Assembly (NCBI RefSeq): GCF_020745735.1
Contig: NC_083435.1
Span: 45,942,498 to 46,006,497 of the forward strand
Source of the DNA: Hemiscyllium ocellatum
Taxonomy: Eukaryota
Length of the DNA: 64,000 nucleotides
Reading direction: 5' to 3'
Shown: one piece after another, positions 47,273-58,600 of the stretch
Layout: the number at the start of each line of letters is the position of its first letter
How positions within the stretch are numbered: position 1 is the first letter of the stretch
The notes under the pieces: generated by a model
Databases searched by the model: none
Seen by the model: the letters and a program-made list of their open reading frames with translations, nothing else
Told to the model about the DNA's origin: nothing
Translations under genes and position numbers: made by a program

Positions 47273-50200
47273 CGCAGATGTGTACTGCCTGCAGGATTTC
47301 CCTGGGGCAGGCTATTTCGACGTCACTTTCAGGAGCATGAAGCATTGTGAGCAGCTCCTGAAGGTCTTCAAGGAGAAGGAAGGGGAGCCTCTGTTCTCCA
47401 TCTTGTCGGCGGTCCCGTTGTGTGTGCTACCTGTGCAGAGGAGTCAGGTTGTGACAATCCAGATGTACAACCCTTACGTCCCAGCAGTGGATGTCCTGAC
47501 CTTCTTGAGAAGATATGTCCAGCTCGAAGGAGAAAGCACCGATGTGGTCGATCCTTTCGGGATCTGGACCAGCAAACGACAGGACAGGGTGACCCTGATG
47601 GTCGACGCCAGTGGGAATATCCTCCACCCACCCTCCAGCTTTGCCATCAGAGGAAGCAGAGGCTACCTGACATATGCAGGGCAGCCGAAGGTGTGCCGAA
47701 CCTGCGGGAGGTCAGGCCACATGGCGGCGGATTGTAAGGTGACCGTCTGCTGAAACTGCAAACAGGAAGGCCACCCGACCAAGGAATGTAAGGAGGCCAA
47801 GAACTGTAACCTGTGCGGAGAGGCAGGCCACATGTACAAGGCCTGCCCAAGACGAGGAGCCGCCACCTACACACAGATGGCCGGAGGTGGCAACACGAGC
47901 CGTGGACCGACTAAGACCAGCAAGGCACACAAAACAGCACAGGGACGGTGCCTGGAGGCACCCAGAATGAAGGGCAGGCTGTAGCGGAGCAGACGGCAGA
48001 CAGCGGGGAGGTGCAGCAGCCGATCCAAGCTCCTTCAAAACAAACTGAGGAAATGGAAGAGGAGGGAACAAAGGAGCAGAGGATTGGATTACTGTCAAAA
48101 ACAGGAAGAGGAAACCTCCCAAGGCCCCAAAGCCACCCGGCAAAGGGGGAAGCGACACCTACGCAACGAGGATACAGGCAGCTCTTCCGACGGTGAGGAC
48201 GGGCGCAAGGAGGGTCATCACCAGAGGAAGAGACAGAGCGCCGTGGGGAGAAAGGAGGGCAGCACCGTCCAAGCAGAAAAAGACGATCCCTCTGTGGGGA
48301 TGGGTAAAGGCCTCCCCCTACCCGGTGAGAACCAAGAGGTGTCCACCGGCCCACAGCTCCAGGTAACTGGGAGCAGCGGTCCTGTGACAGCCCTGCTGTC
48401 AGATGGAGAACTGGACGGTGCGGACCCTGGGCTCGACACAAAGACACCAGAGCGGGGTAATGGCTCCAGCGTGGAGCCGGACAGCTACCTCAGCCCTGGG
48501 AGGGTCCAGCAGTTTGCCGTCACCACGGGGATGCACACAGCTACCGCAGAGGGGCAAGACCAGCAGCAAATGGACATTGTTAACCTCGTAAACTGTTAAA
48601 ATGGGGTTAAAAATAGCCAGCATCAATGTGCGTAGCATCAAATCAGCTACACGATGTGTTTCTACGATGGCCTTCCTGGCCAGCGTTAAAGCCGACCTCC
48701 TGTTTCTGCAGGAGTGTGGGATACCGCACCTCAGCAGCTACAGGAGATGGTTGAGCTTGTGGGCCCATGGGCCGTCAGTTTGGTCGGGGGCAATGATAGC
48801 CGTGCCTCCGGCCTGGGTATCCTGTTGCGGGGAGGCAGCTTCACCATCTCCGAGGTTAAGGAGGTGGTGGGCGGGCGCCTCCCTGTCACCGACATTATGT
48901 ACAAGAATGCTCCCCTGAGACTAATCAATGTGTACGCCCCAGTGGGTAAGAGTGAACGGTTGGCTATCCTGCAGCAGCTTCCACTGTTGCTGGCTGCGTC
49001 CAGGCCGGTCATTCTGGCCGGAGACTTCAACTGTATCATTGATGCAGATGGACGATCCGGCGGGTGAGGGGACAGTAAACTGGACGCCACGTCCAGAGCC
49101 CTGATGGACACGGTAAAAGATGCCAAGCTGCACGACGTATTCAGCACCCCTGCAGACGGAGCGCAGCGTAGATACACCTGGTCACGGGCAGACGGGTCTA
49201 TCCGCTCAAGGACAGATTACCTGTTTGTGTCCCGAACGCTCTCGGTCAGATCCACCGATGTCAAGCCGGTGTTCTTCTCTGACCACTGCCTCCTGCTGGC
49301 TGACTGTCACCTACAGGACGAGCAGCGGGCGGGTAAGGGAACGTGGAAGCTGAACACAAAGCTGTTGACCCCGGGAAACATTGAGGAGCTCAAGAGGGAC
49401 TACGCAGGTTGGAGAACCGTGAAGCCCCTCTTTGAGTTCCCAGTGGACTGGTGGGAAACAGTAAAAGGGAACATCAAGAGGTTCTTCATCCTCAAAGGTG
49501 TTCAGGAGGCGAGAGAGAGGCGGGGAAAACTGTCCCAACTCCAGGAAAGTATGCAGAACCTGCTCCTGCTGCAGACGACGGGGGTCGATGTCACGGATCT
49601 CAAGGAGGTGAAGGGCCAGCAAGCCTCACTCTTTGCCTCGGAGGCCTCCAAGATAATCTTCCGGTCCAGGGTCCGCTTGGTGGAGCAGGACGAGACGTGC
49701 TCACGTTTCTTCTTCCAGAAGGTGCACAAAGAGAGCTCCGAGCTCAGCAGCCTGAGGGAAGAAGATGGCTCAGTAACGTCATCTCAGGCTGACATCATGA
49801 GGATCAGTAAATCCTTCTATGCCAGTCTGTATGACTCTAAGCCAACCGACATCACGGCCTCCCAGTCGTTCCTGACCTCTATCACAGAGGTCCTAGATGA
49901 CGGAACACGAGAGAGGCTGGACCAGCCGCTATTTCTGGCCGAGCTGATCAAGGCCCTCGAGTCCTTCGAAAGAATAAAACTCCCGGAAGCAACGGCTTAC
50001 CGGTTGAGATCTCTTCCGCTCTTTGGGACTTGATTGGCCAGGACCTGCCAGAGGTGTATGTCAGTATGCTTCAGGCAGGTACCATGAGCGAATCCATGAG
50101 GAAAGGCATCATCACCCTCATCTACAAGCAGAAGGGGGAGAGGGAGGAATTAGAAATTGGAGACCGATCTCACTGTTAAACATAGACAACAAAATCGTGT

Positions 50201-52384
50201 CAAAGGTCTTCGCCAACCGGGTCAGGTCTGCTCTGGGGTTGGTGATTCACCCCGACCAAACCTGTGCTGTACCGGGCAGGCAGATCGCTGAGAGTCTCGC
50301 ACTCCTCAGGGATACGATCGCCTACGTGCAGGACAGAGGGTTGGACACCTGCCTTAGCAGACTGTACCAGGAGAAAGCCTTTGACAGGATATCACACAGG
50401 TATATGAGAGATGTTCTCTCCAAAATGGGCTTTGGAGAGGGAATCTGCAATTGGATCAGACTGCTCTACACCAACATTGTCAGTGCAGTCTCAATCAATG
50501 GGTGGGAATCAGATAGCTTCCCAGTCAGATCTGGAGTCAGGCAGGGCTGCCCTCTCTCTCCAGCCTTGTTTGTGTGCTGCATAGAGCCATTTGCCAAGTC
50601 CAACAGGAAGAATGCGAGCCTGAGAGAGGTGACTATTCCTGGCAGTGGGGTCCTGCAGGTTAAGGCCTCCCTGTACATGGATGACGTTGTCGTTTTCTGC
50701 TCGGATCCGCTGTCCGTGCGCAGACTCATGTGCATATGTGACCATTTCGAACAGGCCTCGGGGGCCAAGAGCGAGGCAAGAGCGAGGCCATGCTCTGCAG
50801 GAACTGGGCCGACCAATCCTCGATCCCCTTCACCGTCAGGACCGACCACCTGAAGGTGCTGGGTATTTGGTTCGGGGGGGCTGGGGCATGTGCCAAGACC
50901 TGGGAGGAGCGGATCTGGATGATGAGACAGACACTAGGCAGATAGGAGCAACAGTCACTCTCCATTGCCAGGAGGAACCTGGTCATCAGTTGTGAAGTAC
51001 TCTCAGTATTGTTATATGTGGCACAGGTCTGGCCTATCCCCAGAACCTGTGCCACCTCAGTCACCCGGGCCATCTTCCACTTCATGTGGAGATCAAAGAT
51101 GGACCGGGTCCGAAGAGACACAATGTACAAAGCAATGGGGGAAGAAATACTCCCAATGCCACCCTCACCCTGATGGCCACCTTTGTGTGTGGCTGCATCA
51201 AGCTGTGCGTGGAGCTCCGAGTAGTTGGACCGTTCCGTATCACCTGTCCTTTGTGGAGAAGTTTATGAAGAAAAACACCTTTGACCACAAGTCCATCAGG
51301 AAGTGGTCAGCATGTAGTGTCCTTGAGACCCTTCGGGAAAAGGAGAGGGCGGATCCTATCGAGCAGTTCCCTGAGCAGACTGCCCAAGCTATTTGGCAGA
51401 ATGCCTCATCGCCAGAATTTTCCAACAAGCACCAAGACATGGCTTGGCTGGTGGTGAGAAGGGCTCTGCCTGTGAGATCCTTTATGCACGCCCGGACTCT
51501 CAGCCGCACCGCACGCTGCCCTCGAAGTGGCTGCGGGGGGGACGAGACTGTCACACACCTCCTTCTGGAATGTGCCTATGCAGAGGAAGGCTGGAGAGGA
51601 ATGCAGTGGGGTTTGTCGAGGTTCGTCCCGAGCAGCTCCGTGACGCGGGACTCCGTGCTCTACGGCCTGTTCCCCGGGACGCACACCGAGATGAATATCA
51701 ACTGCGCCTGGAGGATCATCAACTCGGTGAAGGACGCTCTCTGGGCTGTCCGAAACCTGTTGATCTTCCAGCTGAAGGAGTTGACCCCGACTGAGTGTTG
51801 CAGACTGGCACATTCCAAGGTCCAAGACTACGTGTTGAGGGACGCGCTGAAGCTTGGGACAGCTGCCGCCAAGGCGCGGTGGGGAAAGACCACCGTGTAA
51901 CATCTGCCTGCCTAAGGAAGAACAGGGGGCCCATGCTGTCATCTGGGCTCTGCTGACGCCTCAGCTAAGTATATGGGCATATGATTGAAGTCTGATCTAT
52001 ATGTAAATGTTTACATATGTATGGCATGACCAACTGTACAGACCATCAAATTATTTTATGAATAAAGTATATTTTTGAAATAAAAAAATCATTGGACTTG
52101 AAATGTTAAGTTTGCTTTGTTCCCTACGTCCTGAGTTTCTCCACCAATTTCTGTTTGTTTTTGTGGCCTGTGGACAGGCAACTGAACATTCTTCTGATCT
52201 TCCTAGTGTCCCTTGAGGACTTCTTTATCTTGTTTGTTGTAAGTGCTACACCTCACATTTTTCAGGGTTAAGTTCCATCTACCTCTGATCTGCCAATCTG
52301 ACAAATTAATTTATATCCTCCTGTACCTATCACATTCCTCCTCACTGTCAACTACCCGGTCAATCCTCATGTCATCCCCAAACT

Positions 52385-53560
52385 AATTGAATTTATTGTC
52401 AGGTGTACTGAAGCACAGTGAACAGCTTTGTCTTGCGAGCACTACAGACAGATCACTTAGATCAGTAGCATCGATCGGTAAATAATAGGTAAACAGCCGC
52501 AAAAACAAAACCACAGGTACAGGTGAGTGTTAAGAGTTTGTGAGTCCATTCAGTATTCTAACAACAGGAAGTAGAAACTATTTCAAAACCGGCTGGAGCG
52601 TGTGTTCAGGCTTCTGTACCTTTCCCCTGATGGTAGAGGTTGTTGAAAAACATTGCCAGGGTGGGGTGGATCTTTGAGAATGCTGGCGGCCTTTCCCTGA
52701 CAGTGGGCCTGGTAGATGGATTCTATAGATGGGAGGTTGGCCTTTGTGATTGTCTGGGCTGAGTTCACTACTCTCTGTAACCGTCTCCGATCTTGAATGG
52801 TACAGTTGCCATTCCAGGTAGTGATACATCCAGACAGAATGCTCTCGATGGCGCACCTATAAAAGTTGGCAAGGGTATTCACCGTCATGGCAAATTTCCT
52901 CAGCTGCCTGAGGAAGAAGAGACATTGGTGGGCCTTTGTGACCAGTGCGTCCACATAAAGTGTCCAAGAAATCTTGAGGATGACCACTCCCAGGAGCTTG
53001 ACACTCTCCACTCGTTCCACCTCTGTGCTGTTAATGTGTAGGGGGACATGAGTAACATCCCACCGAAAGTCAATAATGATTTCCTTGGTTTTGCTGGCAT
53101 TGAGAGCTAGGTTGTTCTCAGTGCGCCATTTTTCCAGGTCTTCCACCTCCCATCTGTTTCGTTGTCTTCTGAGATTCGACCGACTATGGTGGTGTCATCA
53201 GCAAAGTTGTGAATGGCATCAGTCTGGTATTTGGTGACGCAGTCATGGGTATACAGTGAGCACAGTGGGGGCTGAGTACACACCTCTGGGGAGCTCCAGT
53301 GTTGAGTGTTAGTGAGGATGAAATATTGTTCCCAATCTTCACTGATTGTGGGCCTGTGGATCAGGAAACTGAGGATCCAGAGTGGGACTTAGTCCAAGAT
53401 CACTCGGTTTTTAAAATCAGTCTTGAGGGGATAATAGTGTTGAAGGCTGAACTGTAGTCAATGAGTAGGATTCTTAGGTAGCTGTTCTTGGTGTCAAGAT
53501 GTTCTCAGGAGGAGTGAAGGGCAAATGATATAGCATCTGATGTGGACTTGTTGGTCCTAT
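52385..53560 (-). mobile_element. Rex1/Babar-type LINE, 3' part
   Basis: SLYTHDC, NNLALNASKTKEIIIDFR, LFFLRQLRKF and LPSGERYRS motifs. Confidence 0.85.
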
Positions 53561-53562
53561 GG

Positions 53563-54185
53563 TGATGATACTATGGCTTTAAGAGGTGTATATTGTCCTT
53601 TTTTTGAATAAAGAAATGTTAAGACAGAGGCACTGAACTGTCTGCTCCAAAGCCAATAAAATAAACAGCTTGTGAGGCCTTGGGTATTTTGTTTTTAAAA
53701 GTTGAAACAATAAACGCAACCTGGCTGAGTGGGGTCAAGCTCTGACAGACCGAGGATTGTTTTAGTTTTAGCTTTCAGAAGCAGTTGCTGTGATCTTAAA
53801 GCTAGATGTAGAAGCTGTTATTCCTCTGTTACAGCTAAAAGCTGGGATTCTCTTCTTGCTGCTAGAATTGCACGTGAGACAATCTGTTTTACTGAATTTG
53901 CCTTTGCCAATGGTGTGTTTATATTAGAACAGTTAATGTTTAACATTAAAAAATTATATTAATTTGTTAAGCTTTCCAATAGAGTTGAGTTATTCTCATT
54001 CTTTCTTTTGTTGTATTTTAACTATAGCGTAGGCATAGAGTGTGTTTTATTTCAAGACAGGTAGCTTGACCAATAGGATCACATCCAGAATGCACTGACT
54101 GCCTCTTGCCTCTAAAATAAGAAAATGTTAGGGTCGAGGCTGTCATCTTCAGCTATTTTGAGGGGGTTTGGTCTGCTCCATGACA
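53563..54185 (+). mobile_element. Possible solo LTR (about 620 bp)
   Basis: TG start, CA end, AT-rich with internal AATAAA, sits between two LINE fragments. No TSD seen. Confidence 0.4.
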
Positions 54186-55605
54186 TCATCAGCCCAAACC
54201 CATTCCCCCCCCCCTTTCCTAATTTCTGAATATCACAAATAAGTAGGGACCCAGTATTGATCCCTGTGGTATCCCACTGCACACTGGGCTCCAGTCACAC
54301 AAACAGTCTTCAACCACCAACCTCTGTCTTCTATAACAAAGCCAATTTTTGGATCAATCTTGCGAAGTTGCCATAAGCTTTTCCCTCCTTTGTCAATCTC
54401 CCATGTGGGATCTTGGCAGAGGCCTTGCTAAAGTCCATACAAACGACATCAATTTGCCATATCCTCATCAACATCATGGTCAACTCCTCGAAAACTTTCA
54501 CCAGAATTGCTAGGCATGACCTCCCTCTGACAAAGCCAAGCTGTCTCTCCCCGATCAAACCTTGCCTCTTTAAATTTCTCCTTCAGTGTTTTCTCCAGTT
54601 GCTTCCCTCCCTCTGATGTGAGACTCCCTGGTCCCCTGATCTACCTATACCACCCGCTGTGTAAAGAGGAACCACTTTAGCTGTCCTCCAGTCCTCGGCA
54701 CCTCTCCTGTGGACAGAGACAATTCATAACTTTGGGTCAGGGCCACAGATGCTGCCAGATCTGTTGAGTTTCTCCAGCAATTTCTGTGTTTGTATTAGGT
54801 TTCCAGCCTGCATAGTATTTTATACAGTCTTAGAGATGTACAGCATGGAAACAGACCTTTCAGTCCATATTGTCCATGTCAACCAGATATCCTGACCTAA
54901 TCTAGTCCCATTTGCCAGCACTTGGCCCCTATCCCTCTAAACCTTTACTGTTCATATAGCCTTCCAGGTGCCTTTTAAGCGTTGTAATTGTACCAGCCTC
55001 CACCAATTCCTCTGGCAGCTTATTCCATACACGCACCACCCTCTGCGTGAAAATGTTGCCCTTTCAGTCTTTTTTTTAATTTTTCCCCTCTCACCCTAAA
55101 CCCATTTGCTTTAATTAGTAGTTGATTTGTTGATTTTGCTTCTCTAAAATTCCCTAGATTTGGGAAAGTCCTGATCAATTGTAAGATAGCACACGTATCT
55201 CCTTTATTCAGGTGAAGCAGGAACCCAGAAAACAGGAAACTACAGGCCAGTCAGCTTCACTTCGGACATCGGGAGATGTTTGAAATTATTATTAAAGATC
55301 TGCTGTGGATAAAGGAACCAGTGGATAAATTGTACTTACGTTTCCAGAAGACATTTGATATGAAGCCACGTGAAAGATTATTGAAAAAAATAATAGATCA
55401 TGGTGCAGGTGGTAACAGATTGGCCAGGGTAGAGGATTGGCTGCCTGATAAGAAGCAGACAGGAGCAATAAATGGGTCACTGTTCGGTTAGCAAGATGTA
55501 ACAACTGGTGTGCCACAGGAAGCAGTGCTACAACCTCAACTGTTTGCAAATAATAGAAATTACTTAGAAGGTATGATAGCTAAATGTAGAGATGATACAA
55601 TGATT

Positions 55606-55881
55606 GGGTGGCACTGTGGCTCAGTGGTTAGCACTGCTGCCGTGTAGCGCCAGGGACCTAGGTTTGATTCCTGCCTCAGGCCACTGAATGTGTGGAGTTT
55701 GCACACTGTCTGCATGGGTTTCCTCCCCCAATCCAAAGATGTGCAGGCCATACTAGATAGCATTAGTCAGGGATAAGTGTAGGGGAATGGGTTTTTGCGG
55801 GGGGGGGGGGGGGGTTACTCTTCGGAGGGTTGGTTTGGACTTGATGGGCCAAATGGCCTGTTTCTACATTATAGGGAATCC
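55606..55881 (+). mobile_element. HE1-type SINE with an internal G-run
   Basis: GGTGGCACTGTGGCTCAGTGGTTAGCAC head. Confidence 0.85.
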
Positions 55882-56405
55882 CAGTCATGTTCATAACTTA
55901 AGGTTTGATTTAAAAGAAAGTGACATTCAGCTCAGACAATGCCTTAAAGGTGTGAGGTTACAGTCTCTCTGTATTCCAATCTTAAGTCAGACTGGTTCTA
56001 ATTCCAAAGTAGGAATTTATAAAATGTCACATGGATTATAAAAGAAGTTCTGTGATTTACATATTAATGGATTGAAACCTGCAGCCCATTCTAAAAAATG
56101 TAAGATTTAACAGCAGTCTAGGTTTGTTCAATATATTGCATCAGTTTATGACACTGACCTTTTGCTATAAATTCTGTGTCCTATGATCCTGCCCCACTAG
56201 CACCTGACAAAGGAGCAGCGCTCCGAAAGGTAGTGCTTCCAAATAAACCTGTGGGATTATAACCTGGTGTTGTGTGATTTTTAACTTTGTCTCACATTAT
56301 GAAGTATGAACTCAGTTTCCCAGAGTGTAGACTGTCGGGGATGATCTAAACAAATTGTCTGTCATGTTCACTTGGATTCAATGGGTCAGAGATAGACACA
56401 GAGTG

Positions 56406-56482
56406 TAGATTAGAGTGGTGCTGGAAAAGCACAGCAGTTCAGGCAGACAAACTGCTGTGCTTTCCAGCACCACTCTAATCTA
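56406..56482. repeat. Near-perfect 34-bp inverted repeat (deleted Penelope-type palindrome)
   Basis: tagattagagtggtgctggaaaagcacagcagtt and its reverse complement with a 1-nt indel, about 10-bp spacer. Confidence 0.8.
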
Positions 56483-56769
56483 GACTCTGGTTTCCAGCAT
56501 CTGCAGTCATTGTTTTTACCCAGAGATAGATACAGTGTTTTTACACCCAGGATTACAGCTATCAATCACTGTCTCCCTCAGGAGACTGGGCACATTGGGG
56601 CAGAGGGAGAGTGGAAGACGGAGTGGGATTAATTTTTAGTGGGTTAGGGTCTGAGGGGAATCAGGATAAAGATGGGAAAATGGGTCTTATACTGAGCAGC
56701 CAGGATCAGCTGGAAAGGTGCAGCAGGGCCTGAGGGGCTGAATGACCTCCCCCTGTTCTGTATCAAATC

Positions 56770-56990
56770 ACTTTCAGTTTCTCCTTTGATTCTCAAACCT
56801 GCCTCTGTTTATTCTCCCTGGTAACTGGTGATGTATATTTACTGCATTTGTCTGATTGGATGGTTCTCTATACTTTTCAAGTTTATTTCGAGACAAACTC
56901 AACCTGCCCAGGAGTGTTCTACCCGGAGACTGCTGACCTAGAGGCTGTTCCTATTCTCATTGGCCCAGTGGGTGAGCAGTGTCCAATCAG
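56770..56990 (+). promoter_or_regulatory. MHC-type promoter: ISRE, S box, X1, Y box, plus paired CCAAT boxes
   Basis: ACTTTCAGTTTC 56770-81; AAACCT 56795-800; 16 bp spacer; CCTGGTAACTGGTG 56817-30; CTGATTGG 56852-59; ATTGG 56959-63; CCAATCAG 56983-90. The ATG is about 155 bp further on. Confidence 0.78.
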
Positions 56991-57144
56991 TGAGGAGGAT
57001 TTGATGTTAATTTCACCAGCTCTGGGTCAGAGCACAGACAGACAGGGGCAGAGCAGGAGACTGGCAGCATCTGTCCAGTTCCAAGATCAACTCTTCCAAA
57101 AGTAGTGACTACAGACTGTTCTTCAACCTCGGAGACGGAAGATA

Positions 57145-57196
57145 ATGATGATGAGACTCATACTTCTCGCCCTCCTGTGTGGAGGGGCATCTGCAG
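57145..57196 (+). CDS. Signal-peptide exon 1 of a probable MHC class I heavy chain (MMMRLILLALLCGGASA-G)
   Basis: Hydrophobic leader ending A-S-A, then a phase-1 donor cag|gtgggt. Resembles recalled shark class I leaders of the ...LLxLLxGGVSAG type. Lies behind an ISRE-SXY promoter and next to TAP2. No exon 2 in the window, so identity is inferred. Confidence 0.72.
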
Positions 57197-58265
57197 GTGG
57201 GTAATGGGCATAGAGGGGTCTCAGTAACAGTCTGGGTATTGGAGCATTAACACTTGGTCAGTGGGTAATGGGCACAGAGAGGGTCTCAGTGTCAGGCTGT
57301 GTACTGACCATTAATCCCAGGTCAGTGGGGTCAGAAAGGGTCTTAGTGCTGGAGTGGGGAAAGAAACAGACCATAAACTGGTTGGGGGTAAGTTGACACT
57401 GGGATCAGGGGCTGGTGAGAGAGACTGGGAGACTGTGTGGGTGACTGAGGGACAGAGTGATGAGGCTGGAGGGAGAGCGATGGTGTGTGGGTGAGGGGCT
57501 CAGGGTGATGAGACAGTAGAAAGAGAGTTGACGTTAGGGTCTGAGAATGAGTGTGTTGAGGGTGGAGAGAGGGGTCAACAAAGGTTCGTTCCCTCCAGTC
57601 AGTCCCACCAATCTCCTATTAGATCAGAGCTGGTCTGTTGCTCAATCCCAAGCTTTGCTAGGTCTCCTGATTTGTTCAATATATCATTTCAGCTGCATGA
57701 CACTGTAACCTTTTGCTATAAATTCTGTGTCTTCTGACCCTGCTACACAACTACCCGATGAAGAAGCAGCGCTCTGAAAGCTAAGTCTGTTGGACTATAA
57801 CCTGGTGTTGTGTGATTTTAACAGTGTCCACCCCTGTCTTACACCGACTCCTCCACATTATAGCGAGGGAGCAGCAGTCACAGGCTGATCACCGATCATT
57901 GCCCAGAAATACCAACTGCTTTTCTATCTACACCGACAAACAAAGCTACTGGGGATTTCCAGCACTTTCAATTTAGATTCAGATTTCCAAAATCCGCAGG
58001 TTTTTTTTTTGTAAAAGCCTATATCGTTCTGTACCAAAAACTGCAATTATCCCCCAGTATCTACAGCTTTGTGAGGAGAATGTGTGAGAATCTGTTTCCT
58101 GGTTTCCCTCCTGAACACTCGAGGGTTAATGTTCAGATTATGTCACTGGTTCTGTCTGCTCCCAGCAGGGGGAGCAGTTCCTCTGGATCTGAAACCTGTG
58201 TTGAAAGTTCCTCACAGGATTGTTATAAAGTCTAACATTGAGCAATGTGAGAAGATGTTCAGACA

Positions 58266-58600
58266 GGTTGGCATGGTGGCTGAGTGGTTAGCACTGCTGC
58301 CTCACAGCCCCAAGGACTTGGGTTTGATTCCAGCCCTGGGTGACTGACTGTGTGGATTTTGCACATTCTCCCCGTGTGTTCCTGTTTCCTCCCACAATCC
58401 AAACATATGTGGGTTAGGTGAATTGGCCATGCTATATTACCCATAGTTTTCAGGGATGTGTAGGTTAGGTGCATTGGTCAGGGGCAAATATTGGAGTAAT
58501 ACGGTAGGGGAATGTGTGTGAGTGAGTTACTCTCTGGAGGGTCGGTGTAGACTTGTTGGGCCGAAAGGCCTGTTTCCACACAATATGGGATTCTATTCTA
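58266..58600 (+). mobile_element. HE1-type SINE
   Basis: Typical head and (ATTCT)n tail. Confidence 0.85.

Larger units (their letters stand above)
42783..52088 (+). mobile_element. Keno-like (U2-associated) Tx1-clade LINE, full length, with two nested copies
   Basis: 5' UTR and ORF1 start (ATG 42978), remainder from 47273: three CCHC knuckles, APE (LFLQEC, GDFNC, SDHC), RT (GVRQGCPLSP, YMDD), zf-RVT, poly(A). Flanked by the TSD AATCATT (42776-82 and 52087-93). Several stops and frameshifts. Confidence 0.88.

Noticed and set aside
47259-47753. Host ZCCHC3-like zinc-knuckle gene
   Set aside because: It is the interrupted ORF1 of the Keno-like LINE, has an internal stop, and is followed directly by APE-RT.
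58084-58347. ORF with a plausible phase-1 acceptor (cccag) as exon 2 of the leader-bearing gene
   Set aside because: The peptide AGGAVPLDLKPVLKV has no class I alpha-1 features (no HSLRYF-like start) and runs into a SINE.
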